Assembly (NCBI GenBank): GCA_965603825.1
Contig: CBFDEM010000058.1
Coordinates: 558,001-622,000 of the forward strand
Length of the DNA stretch: 64,000 nt
Origin: Blepharisma stoltei ATCC 30299
Taxonomy: Eukaryota; Protista; Ciliophora
Direction: 5' to 3'
The position numbers and the translations under genes are program-made. This document shows positions 1 to 12,715 of this stretch, one piece after another; position 1 is the stretch's first letter, and every line of letters begins with the position of its first letter. Below the pieces are notes generated by a model. That model did no database searches, was not told where the DNA came from, and was given only the letters and a program-made list of their open reading frames with translations.

Positions 1-3000
1 ATTAGCTATCAGGCTGAAAACTCTTCACCAAAATTTCTTGCTCATATGAAATATTTCCAGCCTAGGATGTCAGTTCAGGAAGTACTGGATGATATTATGA
101 TACTAGAAATTGCTCAGGACTCTGGAATCAATCTAGACAAAGAGCTGCATTTAATTGGACTTGTTTTTGATTTTATGGACAATATAAAGATACAAGGACT
201 ATTCCACGGGTGGGAATTTCGATATACCATGCAAGGCCACAAATATTGATATCACGGGAAACAAAGGAGATCCTGCAAGTTTTTCCCTTACAAAGATTCA
301 TTAGCTAAACACATAAGAGCAGCTAGGAAAGAAGCTATCTTAAGGTCTCGTGATAAAGTGTTAGCAATTCTAGATAGACATAAATTATTCTGACTCAAAG
401 GCAAAGATTTTTTTTTGAAAATAAGGAAAGACGCACTTAATATCATAAATCTCTTAATAGCAAGAAACGTTGACCAAGAAAACCCAGAAGTGAATTACGA
501 TTTACGTAGCATTTCTCAGAAATTAGAAAAAGCATTAACTGAAAATGAAATGTTGGATCTTTTATTTGCATCACCTTTTATTTTTGATATTGCAAAAATA
601 GAAGAAGAGTTACCTAAACTTGAGATTGACTCAGATATAAGCTGGGTTACGAATTCTGAGACTTTTTCTGATATTTCGTTAGAAGATATAAACGAAGCAG
701 AGGATCCTGCAGAAGCTGAAGAGGCAAGCAATTTCAGAAAAGAATGAATAGAAAGATCGAAAAAGCGAAAAAAAGAATTAAAAGCATTAAGAGCTTCTAA
801 GGTTGGAAAAGCTCCAAGAAGCATGCAATCACCTTTAATAAGTGCCCCAGAGTCAATAAAATCTGATTACACAGAGCTTCAGCCAGAGCTAAGAAACATA
901 ATGGACTTAGAAGATGAAGACGATGAAGAGTTAAGACGATTAACTGAAAGTTTGAATAGAAAAGTAGGAAAAATCGATAGTCAAATAATAAGTCCTGCCA
1001 GCTCAGTTACCTCTTTAAAAAAAGATTCCCCATCCAAGCTACTAGATTTACAAGTCCTTCTGAAGCCTGTTTTAGATCAGCCTGAAGAAAGTATCCAAGA
1101 AATTATTGAGGCAGATCAATCTCAAAGTACCGAACCCCATCCCACAAAAAGTTTTACCAAGAAAAATACACTGAAAAGGAAGATCACTCGAGACATTTCA
1201 AAAGATGAAATAAGTGAAAGAATTGAATCTCTAGAGAGCGTTGAAAGTGAAATTGATAATAAAGGCTCATCTCATGAGGAAAACAAATTTATATTGAAAA
1301 AGCATCGCTCCAAAACTTATAAGTTGAAGGTAAGTGTTCCCAAAAAAGATAAGAGAAGAGACAATAAATCTGCACATGACCCAAATAGCGTTGGAAATGA
1401 TTATAGTACTTCTCCTGGGCTTCAGCATATGTGAAACGAAGAAAAAGATGGAATCAGGAAAACAATCCAATATGTTGTAGAAATGAGAAGAAAAAGCAGC
1501 TTGACTCAGAATGGGTCCAATGATTCTTCTCCAGCTTTAAGGCAGCTTAGAACAGCAAGCATTGGAGATAGAGAAAGCCAAATTTCTTTTTATTCATCAT
1601 CAGAAAACCAAAAAAATCCATTAGAAGAGCTTATTCAATATAAGAAATCAAAAAATGAAGCTGCAAATATTTTGAATGAGCAGGAAGGAAAAAGTTCTTC
1701 TGATAGATTGTCAGAAAACCTCTCAATTCCAACAAAATCGATTGCTAGCTCTATCAGAGAGGAGAAAACTGTTAAATATGAAAATTCTTCAAGCAAACTT
1801 GATGCTTCAAAAGAATCAGAAAAGAGCAGAATCGATATTAAAGATACGTCTAAGCTAAAAGTACATAGAAGAAATTCAGCAGAAATGAGTGAATCTGAAA
1901 TTTCTAAAAATAAATTTTATGAAGAAACAAATAAAACAAATGAAAGTGGGCTTTCTAACCAACATGTTGTAAATGAAAGTGAGGTGGATACATGAAACTA
2001 TAAAGAAATCGAAGAAAAAATCGAGAATTATAAGCAAGAAGTAAAAAGACAAAGGGTTCCTCATATTTCAAGAAATTTTGTAAATCCTATCAATCTTCCA
2101 AGAGCATCGAGGGTCAAAATGGAGCCAACTCAAGAAGAAGAAACAACTAGAGTCAGTGAAAGACGCAGTTCCAGGAAATCTCCTTATAGAAACAAAAGTT
2201 CTGATTATACCAAAAGAAAAATAATTCCCCTTATAGGATCATATTCCCATCTACGGCAAGACGAAGCCCTACCTAAACTTACTCAAACAGAGAGAACCCA
2301 AACAGAGCAAATCAAAGAAAAGCAGCCAGATTTATGGTTTACTGAGTTTTTAGGCTACATAAATCATAATGCAATTTCTTTAAATATTCCTCAAAACTTG
2401 TTAACTACTAAAGAGATTCCACAAGTTTCGAGTTCACTTTCTCAAACCACTTTAGTAACTTTACCCAGGAACACTTTGCAGAGTTCTATGTCTGTAACTT
2501 CATTAACTGGGGATAGAAATAGCAGATATTTCACTCTTAATAGCATGCTTCATGAAAAATCAAAATCAATTATTTCTAATTTAATCAAAGATAGACAATT
2601 TTTAGATGAAGGCTCCAGTTTTAAGTTTAAAGAACTCGATTTGCCTGCAGTAGATTTATCTAAAAGAACAAATGATAAAAATATAATTGAAGAAATTAAG
2701 GATTCCCCAAGTAAAATGCATTTTTCTTACTACTTAGAAAGAATTGGAAACCCTTTTACGAATTTTATCAGTTATGAGTTAAATTCTGAAATTCAGCCTT
2801 CTAATCTAGTGTTTATGGGAAAAAGATTAGGCTTAAAAGTCAGCATGGCTCAGTATGAATCAATTGAAAGCGATTTGCTATGAATTGTCCATTTGCAGTT
2901 AGCATACCCAGCTCCTGATAAAACCAATAAATTGCCCGCTGTTAAGCTTTGTGCTTTGAAATTTGGTGAGCACCCAGGAGATTCTTATTTTCTCATGCTT

Positions 3001-3363
3001 TTGCAGCACCAAAGAGCAAAGAGACTTGAAGAATTGGCTAAAATGCCTCCAGAATTGCGAGTAGAATCCACATATCAATTATCATGGCTTCCTTTTAAAG
3101 ATCTCAAAGGAAACGAATATTTTTACAATTTCCTGACACATACATTCTCTTACAGCAACCCATACAGCATAGGGTTTAAATATAAAGTATTTTTGGATTA
3201 TTATAAGCTTCTAAAAGCAATAGAGAAGGCTAGGAAAAAATCTGTGCCCACCTTTGGGATTGATTCTTTGGTTGTAAGATCATCATCTGTTGCAAAACTT
3301 TCCACAAAAAGATCGAGACATAGAAAAAATTATATTCAATCACTCAGTGGATTTTATGTTTAA
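1..3363 (+). CDS. 5'-truncated large protein with two CEP164-like WW modules separated by a long low-complexity/charged region
   Basis: Frame open from base 1. ORFs 46, 415, 823, 1483, 2119 and 2893 share one frame and are separated only by TGA, ending at TAA 3361-3363. WW-like motifs GWEFRYTMQGHKY(W=TGA)YH and SWLPFKDLKGNEYFYNFLT..SYSNP. Confidence 0.75.
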
Positions 3364-3669
3364 TTTAATATTAATTTTTACCTTGAGTTACCCATGGGTA
3401 TTATGAGAATTTAAGCTAGGCAAAAAAGAATATTTATCGTAATTTTTGATTAAATGATTAATAATTTTAAATTTATAGATTCTAAATTTAAGTTAATAAT
3501 GTATTTAACGATTGTACAGAAAATTAAATTGTGATTTGGCGCTATTTTCAGCTAATTTTAAAGTTCCATTTATCCTTCTTTTCGAATTTTTTAATATTTT
3601 TCTAAAAGCCATTGTTTTTATAAACACATTGGAATTTTTATTGGTCTTTTCTTTTATAATAAAATTGTA

Positions 3670-4053
3670 ATGCTAAGAATAGAAATAGAAAAGCCAAGAG
3701 GAAATCGCAATTCTGATTTCTTTGAGGCTTTCGATTTGTCACAAATACCTACAAATAGTTTTTTATCGTCTTCTTATGAGACTCACTCGAAGGGAGTTTC
3801 TAAGCCTGACGATTCAGATAGTTCAGAAGATTCGAAAAGAAATGATATATCACAATGTTCATTTGACTCAATTGTAAAGGATTGTTTTAAGAGCCAAAAT
3901 TGTGTGACAGAAATTAATCCAATGTTTATGGTCCAAACAGAAAAATGTAGCAATAAACTACGATACGAACTTAACGAAATCTTGTTTACCGGTATTGTAA
4001 ATAGTAACTGGGAGGTTGGCGAAATTCCAGACGATTGCATTGACGATTTATAA
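3670..4053 (+). CDS. hypothetical protein (127 aa)
   Basis: ATG to TAA with AT-rich flanks; no recognisable motif. Confidence 0.55.
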   Translation: MLRIEIEKPRGNRNSDFFEAFDLSQIPTNSFLSSSYETHSKGVSKPDDSDSSEDSKRNDISQCSFDSIVKDCFKSQNCVTEINPMFMVQTEKCSNKLRYELNEILFTGIVNSNWEVGEIPDDCIDDL

Positions 4054-4196
4054 ATCGCAATTGCGTATAAGTAAATTTTGTAAAGAAAACAAGTAATTTA
4101 ATAGCGAACTTAATTTTTTGATTAATCGCATTTTTCATAGCTATTTCTCCATTAAACTTAATAAGTTGAACATTATTTATGGATTTTTTTTATATT

Positions 4197-4685
4197 TTAT
4201 AAAGAATCAAAAGATTTATTCTTGTGTGTAATATCTTCTTTGCTGGGTCTCCCTCTCGTTCTGCTCTCTCTAAATTCTGCAAAAATATCTAAACTTGATT
4301 TTTTCCTTTGCAAAGGCAAAAAATTTTCAGGCTCTATGCTGAAAATACTTGAATACATTTCCTTTGTTTTTTCATAACCATTTTGTGCATATATATACGG
4401 TAAAAATCCTATAGCTTTGCTAGGAAGAAATGTTTGCAAAAAGTTATCCCCTTTAAATCCTTTCTTATTAAATAACAGCATAGAAGATACGTCGAAGCTA
4501 CTTATTCTTTGTCTGGGGGTTACAAGAGAAGGAAGGTTAATACTTTCAGACATTTTTCTCATAGGTAGCTCAGGCGAACGAGAAGCTTGTGTGGATAATT
4601 CAGATAGTGTTTTGGTGTTAAGAGTTGATGGGATGCTAAGTGTGAATGATCTGATTTGTTCTTTTGGACTATTTTTTATGCTCAT
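4197..4685 (-). CDS. hypothetical Ser-rich protein (162 aa)
   Basis: ATG to TAA, convergent with the previous gene. Confidence 0.6.
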   Translation of the reverse strand: MSIKNSPKEQIRSFTLSIPSTLNTKTLSELSTQASRSPELPMRKMSESINLPSLVTPRQRISSFDVSSMLLFNKKGFKGDNFLQTFLPSKAIGFLPYIYAQNGYEKTKEMYSSIFSIEPENFLPLQRKKSSLDIFAEFRESRTRGRPSKEDITHKNKSFDSL

Positions 4686-5485
4686 TGAATTAATTAACTG
4701 GTAAATAATATGATGATATTAAAAAGTATTAATTAGGAACTAAACATTATTGGCAGAAAAACCCAATAATATTAAGTGCTATGGCAGCTTCTAAGATTTA
4801 AATATAAATAAAGGGTCGAATTTGGTGACTTTATATCGTGGTTTTTTTAATAAATTACTTTTTATTGTTCTATTTATGAGTCAATTAATAAGCTTAGATT
4901 GATTAATTTTGAAACTCTTATTAACCTATTATTAAAAAGTCTTCTATAACGTTTAATAGTTCTAATTGATTCCTATAATTCTTTTTAACTGCAAATTCAA
5001 GTTTCAGAATATTTCTCTACTGCCACAACTCTTTTAAATTTTTTTGCTCTACTATTTTAAAGTTATTTTTTATCTCAAATTGTATAATGGCATAGATAGA
5101 GAGGAAAAATCTGCGACTTCAAGTATTAGCAAAACCAATTTTTATAAGGACGCTACTTATAGATCTCTAACAGAGTTATGAATTGAATAACTCAGCAAAT
5201 AGATTTATTGAAATTCTATTTATAAATTTAATTAGTCAGATGTAGATAAAGCTGCATCCAAAAGCTTGTAGCATTTTATGATATAATTTTTGCTAGCTAA
5301 TGGACTCTATGCTTTAGTTCTGTTTTTAGGAGATATAGATATATAGCTATTTTTATAGAGTCAGCAGTTTAAATCCATAATATTTGATTAACTATGAAAG
5401 AAAAAAGCGTAATTATTGTATAAATTTTAAATAAGCAATATATAGCAAATAATATTTTTATAAAAAGTTAATTAAATTAAATAAA

Positions 5486-6682
5486 ATGTGACTTTTATGG
5501 TTATTTCCTCTAGTTATCGCTGATCCTACGAATATTCAACTCTCTATAAGCTCAAGTGGACATATAGAAGTAAGATGAGATATGGTATTTTACATTTAGC
5601 ATCACTACTCATATTCATTTTTAGTTTATGGCAGATTAAGTAGTTTCACAGATATTTCTCAATTAGCGCAGCGAGGCAGATATGTAAAAAGTTGGCCAAA
5701 ACTTGCTAACTCTGGAATAAAGCACAAAGCAGAAGTGAAAGATTTACAGCCTGAAGAATTATATGTCTATCAAGTAGGAAGTGAAGATGAAGGATGAAGT
5801 CCTATTTACAGCTTTGTAGGGCCAATTAAAAGTGAAGAGCATTACCCTACATTTGCAATTTTATCTAATTTGTCTGAAGGAAGCCAATCTTCCAAAATTT
5901 TAAGTCAACTTGTCGCGAGAAGCTTTATCGAAAGATTGGATGGGATTTTTATATATGGCGCTATGACTTCGCAACCCCTTTATGACGTGACTCGCACAAA
6001 TATACCTACAATGCTAATGCCAAAATCAATTAAAGAATCTTATTACAGCATTCAATATTCTCACGTATATTTAATCATTTTAAATACTTATGCAATCACT
6101 CCAGACCAATTTTCATGACTTAAGCGAGAACTGAATTCAGCTCAATCATATGCGTGGACTATAATATTTGGCGAACACCCATTAAGCGAAATAAATACAA
6201 GCAAAACAAATTTCACTGAGTTGTTTTTGGACGCAAAAGTGAATTTGTATGTTGCTTCAGGCGAATTTTATGAAAGGTCAAATATTTTGTATCGTGTAAG
6301 TGATCACCAAATTGACTATACAGCAGAATTGTTGGAAATTCAAATGGGGCCATCATGCACAAAAGAAAAGAGAGCTTTAGACTCTAATGATACTGAAATT
6401 TATGCATCTTTACACCCTGGGTATGGAATTTTGCATTTAAGATACTCATTTTTGAGATGGCAAGAATATAGCTCGAACTCTCATAGGCTGATGGATGATG
6501 CGTATGAGCACAGAGTTGGCCTAGTTCCTAGGAAAGGAAATGAAAAGAAAACAGTGATAATTGTGCTAGTTACCTCGTTTGTTATGTTTTCAGCAGCATT
6601 CATTCAATCATATTATATGAGAAGAAGAAACAAAAAGAAACAAAATGGATTGATAGACTTAGATAAAGATGTAGTAGATTAA
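5486..6682 (+). CDS. type I membrane protein with purple acid phosphatase-like FN3 and metallophosphoesterase fold, catalytically degenerate; one 15-nt intron
   Basis: Signal peptide M(W)LLWLFPLVIA. PAP N-domain motif HKAEVKDLQPEELYVYQVGSEDEG(W)SPIYSF. C-terminal TM VIIVLVTSFVMFSAAFI followed by RRRNKKK. Needs TGA=Trp and removal of intron 5585-5599. Confidence 0.8.
5585..5599 (+). other. 15-nt spliceosomal intron gtattttacatttag
   Basis: GT..AG, 15 nt, and contains the only in-frame TAG interrupting the PAP-like ORF. Confidence 0.9.
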
Positions 6683-6691
6683 GTATTCATA

Positions 6692-9600
6692 ATGATAAAT
6701 AGAGAAGAGAAATCGTTTAATGCTAAGCTAAAAAATCCAATTTATCGAATCAACCACGATTTTGAGCTGCTTTATATGCAGCAGATGGAATTTCAAAGGT
6801 GCTCGAAACAAGCAGATGCATCTTTGGTCAAAATGAAATGCAAAATTGATAAATACTCTTTTGCAGAGACTTCTTTGCACTTTTTCCATGTTAATAACCC
6901 TTTAAGGAAAGTTTTATTGGAAATTACAATGAGTATTTGATTTGACTGATTTATTTTGCTTGTCATTATTTTGAACAGTATTTGTTTAGCTTATGATGTG
7001 CAGACTGATAATTGATCTCAATGAAATGAAACAACGGAAAAAATATTTTTAGTGATCTTTACAATAGAAATAATTCTCAGAATATTCGCCAAAGGCCTAA
7101 TTGTGGGAAAATATACTTATTTCAGAGATTTTTGAAATGTATTTGATTTTATAATTATTTTGATTGGATGGATTGGGGAAATGCAAAACGAGATTGATCC
7201 AACTTTAATGAGAACTATTAGACTATTCAGGCCATTAAGAGCTATTAATAGCTTTCCTGAGCTGAAATTAATTATTTTATCAATTATGAAATCTGTTCCT
7301 TTACTACTTGATATTTTAGCACTATTTAGCTTAGTGATATTAATATATGCTATTGCTGGAACACGCATCTATGCAGGACTTTATAACCAACAATGCTATA
7401 CACAAGATGGAAATACTACAGGCGTTTATTGCTATTTAGACCCGAGCTGTAAAGAATTTGAAGTTAACTGTGGAAGGTCAAATTCTGGATGTGGTGATGG
7501 AGAATATTGTTGAGACAGCAATTTAAATTTGAATAATGGAGTTACTTCTTTTGATAACATTGGAATTAGCATTTTGACTGTTTTAAATGTAGTTTTTATT
7601 GAAGGGTGAAGTCCAATTATGTTTGAAGGGAGACTGGCTTATAATGAAGTTTTGACTAATGATTTATTCTTTGTGTCTTTGATTGTGATTGGAGCTTTTT
7701 TCTTATTAAATTTGATTAAAGCAGTTTTATTTGTAAAATTTCATGAAGTCGTAAGCGAAGAAAAGCTTTTAGAAAAAAATAAAGGAATTATTTTCGATGA
7801 AAAAGTGATGTGTGACTTCAAGCCAAAAGAGCCTGAAGATAACAGCGGAATATGATATTGCTGATATTTTATAAGAATAAAATTGTATATTTTTATTCAA
7901 AGCAATATTTATTATTGATTATATGGAGCTTTTATAATGACAAATACATTTATTTTGTCTACTGAATACTATGGAATGAGTAAATCGCATGAAAACGCCG
8001 TGCTATGTGCAGATGCGATTTTTACTTGAATATTTTTTGCAGAAATGGTCTTGAAATTAATTGCTTTAGGAATTAAGGGCTATGCAGCTGATAATTTTAA
8101 TATTTTTGAAGCATTTTTAGTAGTCTTCGGCCTTTCTGAAATTATTGTGATGAATCTTTCATATGGCTTCGACTCAATTGAATTGCGATTCTTAAGAACA
8201 GCGAGAATATTTAGATTTTTTAAGCTAGCTCGAAGATGAAAAGGGCTGAAATATTTAATTGAGAAAGCTTGAAAAAGTGCAGAGCTAGTTATTTACTTAG
8301 GAATTCTTTGCTTTATTGTATTGTTTGTTTATGCCATAATCGGTGTTCAGCTATTCAAGGATAAATTATATGAAGACGGAGAGGTATCTCGCACAAATTT
8401 TAATAATCTATTTTGGGCTATTGTTACTACATTTCAATTATTTACTGATGAAAACTGAAATTCTGTATGATATGACTCAGTTAATGGGGTTGGATGGTGA
8501 GCAACAGTTTATTATTTATCAATACTTAGCATAGGAAGTTATGTCTTGTTTGATTTTTTCTTAGCTATTTTATTAGAGCAGTTTGAAGAAAGTAAGGAAG
8601 AAAAAAAATTATATAGATCCAATTCTGAGCTAACTGAAGCTAGTTTAACTGATCAGAAATTGGAGAAAAGAAGAAGAGAAATTTTTGAGAAAAAAATTAG
8701 GCAAATTAATGAAAGACAATATGATCCTTTGCCGATTTATGGAAAATCTCTGTATTTATTTTCAGTGGATAGCAAGATAAGGCAAAATCTCAGAAAAGTT
8801 GTATTACATCCTTATTTTATCAATTGAACATTTTGGGTACTTATTTTGGCAGCAATTTTTATAACTTTTGACAAAGCTATTCCAGATCCTTATGAGTTTA
8901 AAGTAGCAACAGTAGGGAGATATTTTACGCTAAGCTGCTATTGAATTGAAATCATAATAAAGGTCATAGTAAGTGGGTTTATCTTTGGAAAGCATGCGTA
9001 TCTCAAAGATGGATGAAATATTCTTGATTTTGTTATAGTTATTGTGCATACTGTAAGACTTAGTACAAGACTTATATGGGAAAATTCAATACCCGCTGAT
9101 ATTTATATATTTACACAAGCAATTTTATCATTCAGAGTTCTACGACTAGTATCAAGAAATGAAACGTTAAAAAAGATTGTAACATCAATTATCTCTGCAT
9201 TCCCAGTACTATTTAATGTTATGATTTTGTCATTATTGGATTATTTTATGTTTGGAGTTGTAGGGGTAATTTATTTTAAAGGCGCTTTTTACACATGCAG
9301 TGATCCTAGCATTGAAAAAGAAGATGACTGTACAGGACAGTATTTTAATGGAACTGATTTTCTAGATAGAGAATGAAAAAACACTGATTACAATTTTGAT
9401 AATATCCTTCGTGGAATGAATTTACTTTTCCAAATCTCTTCAATTGAAGATTGGCCTAATTTTATGTTTACTATAGTAGATGCTGTTGGGCAAGGCCAAG
9501 CAATGAAAAGGGATCATAATCAGTATGCAGCTTTGTTTGTAATTGTATTTTTATTTATTACAACTTTTTTTGTAGTAAATTTATATATTGGAGCAATTGT

Positions 9601-10975
9601 AACAAAATTTGGTGAAATACATAATGAGCTTGATGGATCTCTAATTCTAACGCATAAACAAAAAGAATGGGTGGAGACGCAAAAGCTTTTATTAAAAGTG
9701 TCTCCAAAAATTAAGTATATTAGGCCGAAAAATAAAATTAGGAAAATTCTTTTTGATTTGGTGCTGGATTATAAATTTGACTATTTAGTTACAGGCTGCA
9801 TCGTCATGAATATGATTTTTCTTTGTCTTTATAACTCTGAATTAGATGAAGAGTTATGACATGTTCTATATTTTGGATCTGTAGGATTTACAGTGCTTTT
9901 TTCAATTGAATGTGGGCTGAAAATTATTGGTTTAGGCCCAAGATATTATTTTGCAAATAAATGAAATCTTTTTGACTTCATTATAGTTCTTTTATCGCTT
10001 ATATCTTTTTCTGAAACAATTATTGCGAAAAATAGTATAACCCTAGCAAAGCTCCTTAGAGTTGTACGAAGCTTAAGACTTATTAGATTTTTTAAGCACT
10101 TCAAACGAATTTTTGATTCTTTACTACTTTCTCTACCTTCAATAGCAAATGTAGTAATATTAATTTTTTTATTATTGTTTATTTATGCAACTGCAGGAGC
10201 TACTTTATGAGGAAATCTTCAATTTGGACAGTATATATCATCAGAAAAAAATTTCACTGATTTTTATAATTCATTTATGGTCTTATTTATAACAATGACA
10301 GGAGAGGATTGAGATTTGCTTTATTCCGAATGTATGGGCATGGAAGGATGTAATGACTGAACTGTATGTGGGAATCCATGAATTGCTGCTATTTATTGGG
10401 TTTCTTATGAAGTTTTAGCAGCATTTATATTTATGAACATTTTTATTGCAGTTTTATTAGAAAATTTTACGATAGAAAACGAGGATAATCCTTTGAGAGG
10501 GGTAACATCAAGAGACTTAGACAATTTTGTTAAAGCCTGAAGTAATTATGCGCCTTATGGAGAGCATTTTATTAGAACTAAATATCTGCCTAAATTATTA
10601 AATGAATTAGAAGCGCCACTTGGGTTCAAAGGGTCAAGACTTTCTAGACTGCAACTGATTAGTATTATTTATGCATTGAAAATTAAAGAATACAATGGGA
10701 AAGTAATGTTTTCTGAATGCTTATGAGCATTAGCAGGTGCTGTAAGTGGAGAAGATATGCCTATAGGAGCTCCATCAATTGTTGGGAAATCAATGAATGG
10801 GAATTTTCAGTATAAAGTGCCTAGATTGCCTAATAAATCAATTACAAGTACAGAAGGAACTTATGCAGCGAAAACTCTAGTTGCTTATGTATTTTATGAA
10901 ATGTGGAAAAGCAGAAAAGAAGCAAGAGAGAAGAGAAATTTATTTGCAGCAACACATATTTCAGATCAACCATAA
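6692..10975 (+). CDS. four-domain (4x6TM) voltage-gated cation channel alpha subunit, Cav-like (EEEE filter), ~1427 aa
   Basis: Single frame with TGA=Trp. S4 helices RTIRLFRPLR, RFLRTARIFRFFK, SFRVLRLVSR, KLLRVVRSLRLIR. Pore loops FIEGW, FTDENW, SIEDW, TGEDW. Start codon uncertain. Confidence 0.93.
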
Positions 10976-11242
10976 CAATAAATGTAATTTATTTATCGAA
11001 TAGATATTTATATTAAATTAATAAGTTTTAGTAATATATTTTCCAATTATTAATATCTAAACAATTCTCTTTATCATAATATGGTATATTTATTATTCAA
11101 TTATAGTGTAATTGAAAGAAATAAAATCCAATAAAATTTTCATATTTATAAAAGAAATTAGTACCTAACTGAATCAAGTAGTGAGGACTGTTTCATTTTG
11201 ATAATAAATATGCTTCAATTAATTTCTTAACAAAACTTAAAT

Positions 11243-12715
11243 ATGGATGCTTCAACCGAAATTGTTCAAGATCCTAACTTATCAATAAAGAAAAAACTCC
11301 TTGCAAAAGCATTGAAAAATGAAATAAAGTGCAGCACTCTTCTTCAAAGGAATTCTCCATGTATTTCTAATGCGAAAGCACCCAAACTTATCCTTAAAAA
11401 TGTTTTAGATAAGGATGATAAAAAGAGTTGCTTGCTAACTGAACGAACAAGAAAAATAAAAAAATTAGAATCAAGAATCTCAGGGAGTGAAACAACAAGA
11501 TCTCTTAGCAGAAAGCAAGAAATTCAAAAAAGCAAAAAACCTGCTAGAGACTTAAGGAGTATAACTCCAATAAATAAGAAAGAGACCAATTTTAATAAAA
11601 ATCCTTTGAAAAACAAAGAAATTTCTCTATCCAAACCACAATCACTTGCAAAGTTAGAGGGATATTTTTCAGAAATATGCAGCTCTATTGAATCAACTTC
11701 AAAAATTGAGGATAAATTAATGCAAAAAGCAGAGTATATGCAAGAAACTTTAAAAGAGTGCCTTACAGCTGTTCCTGATTTATCACTTCAATTTTATATA
11801 TTAATGTCGTCAATCTTAAGGGAAATTCAAGACATTTATAGGGAAAAATCATACGATAATGTATGTGTTCTTGCACAAAAGCTACTGCAATTAGGATTGT
11901 ATTTAGAAAATAATAAATTTCTCCAGAAAAATAAGCCAAAAGATATTAAAGAGGAGCTTTTGGCAGATTTTAATGAAAAAATCTCTAAGAATGATCAAGA
12001 CTTAGAGGCGACAGCTACATTTAACGAAGGCGAGCTTCAGTCAATAAAAGAACAATCTAGTAATATGACAATTTCAGATAATAATGGAGATTCTCTGCTT
12101 GATGTAAGCTTTTCAGATAAAATTGTTAATATAACATTTTCTCCTAAAGGTGAGAAATATAATGAAGAAGATTTTATTCACAGCTCTTCAATAGTTACTA
12201 GAACTGAACCAACTCCAAAATCTCAAAAACAAAAAAATATCTCAATTTCTTTTGCAAATCCATTAAGTTCATTTAATAAAGACATAAAGAATCATCGAAG
12301 AATTATTTCTTCACAACCAAAGAAAAATATTTCTCATGACTTCAAAAACTGTCTGGACCATAATTTTCTACCATTAGAAAAATTCAAAGAATTTTTATCA
12401 GGAAAAATCTCCGTTAAAATAAATGAACTTAAAGCGCAAAAATACGACCCAATCAAACTAAAAAATGAAGTTTATAGCAATGCTATTGAAAAAAGAGAAG
12501 AGTTGCTTAAAGAGGCTAAGGGTGATTTTGAAGATATAGAGGTAATAATTATGAGCAAGCCTGGATATGAAAAAAGGTTCAGCGCTGAAGTTATTCGGAC
12601 ACAAAGAAATTTTGAGGAGTCAAATAGAAGAAAGCAGAGTGTTAATTGGACAGCTAAAGACATCCATAATAAGAAGCGAAAACTTGAAGCTGTTTTAAAT
12701 AGATTTAAAAGATAA
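11243..12715 (+). CDS. hypothetical Lys-rich protein (490 aa)
   Basis: Long ORF from ATG to TAA. Confidence 0.75.
   Translation: MDASTEIVQDPNLSIKKKLLAKALKNEIKCSTLLQRNSPCISNAKAPKLILKNVLDKDDKKSCLLTERTRKIKKLESRISGSETTRSLSRKQEIQKSKKPARDLRSITPINKKETNFNKNPLKNKEISLSKPQSLAKLEGYFSEICSSIESTSKIEDKLMQKAEYMQETLKECLTAVPDLSLQFYILMSSILREIQDIYREKSYDNVCVLAQKLLQLGLYLENNKFLQKNKPKDIKEELLADFNEKISKNDQDLEATATFNEGELQSIKEQSSNMTISDNNGDSLLDVSFSDKIVNITFSPKGEKYNEEDFIHSSSIVTRTEPTPKSQKQKNISISFANPLSSFNKDIKNHRRIISSQPKKNISHDFKNCLDHNFLPLEKFKEFLSGKISVKINELKAQKYDPIKLKNEVYSNAIEKREELLKEAKGDFEDIEVIIMSKPGYEKRFSAEVIRTQRNFEESNRRKQSVNWTAKDIHNKKRKLEAVLNRFKR

Noticed and set aside
4700-5480. Long AT-rich intergenic gap as a possible ncRNA or IES
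   Set aside because: No recognisable tRNA/snRNA structure, repeats or terminal repeats by eye.
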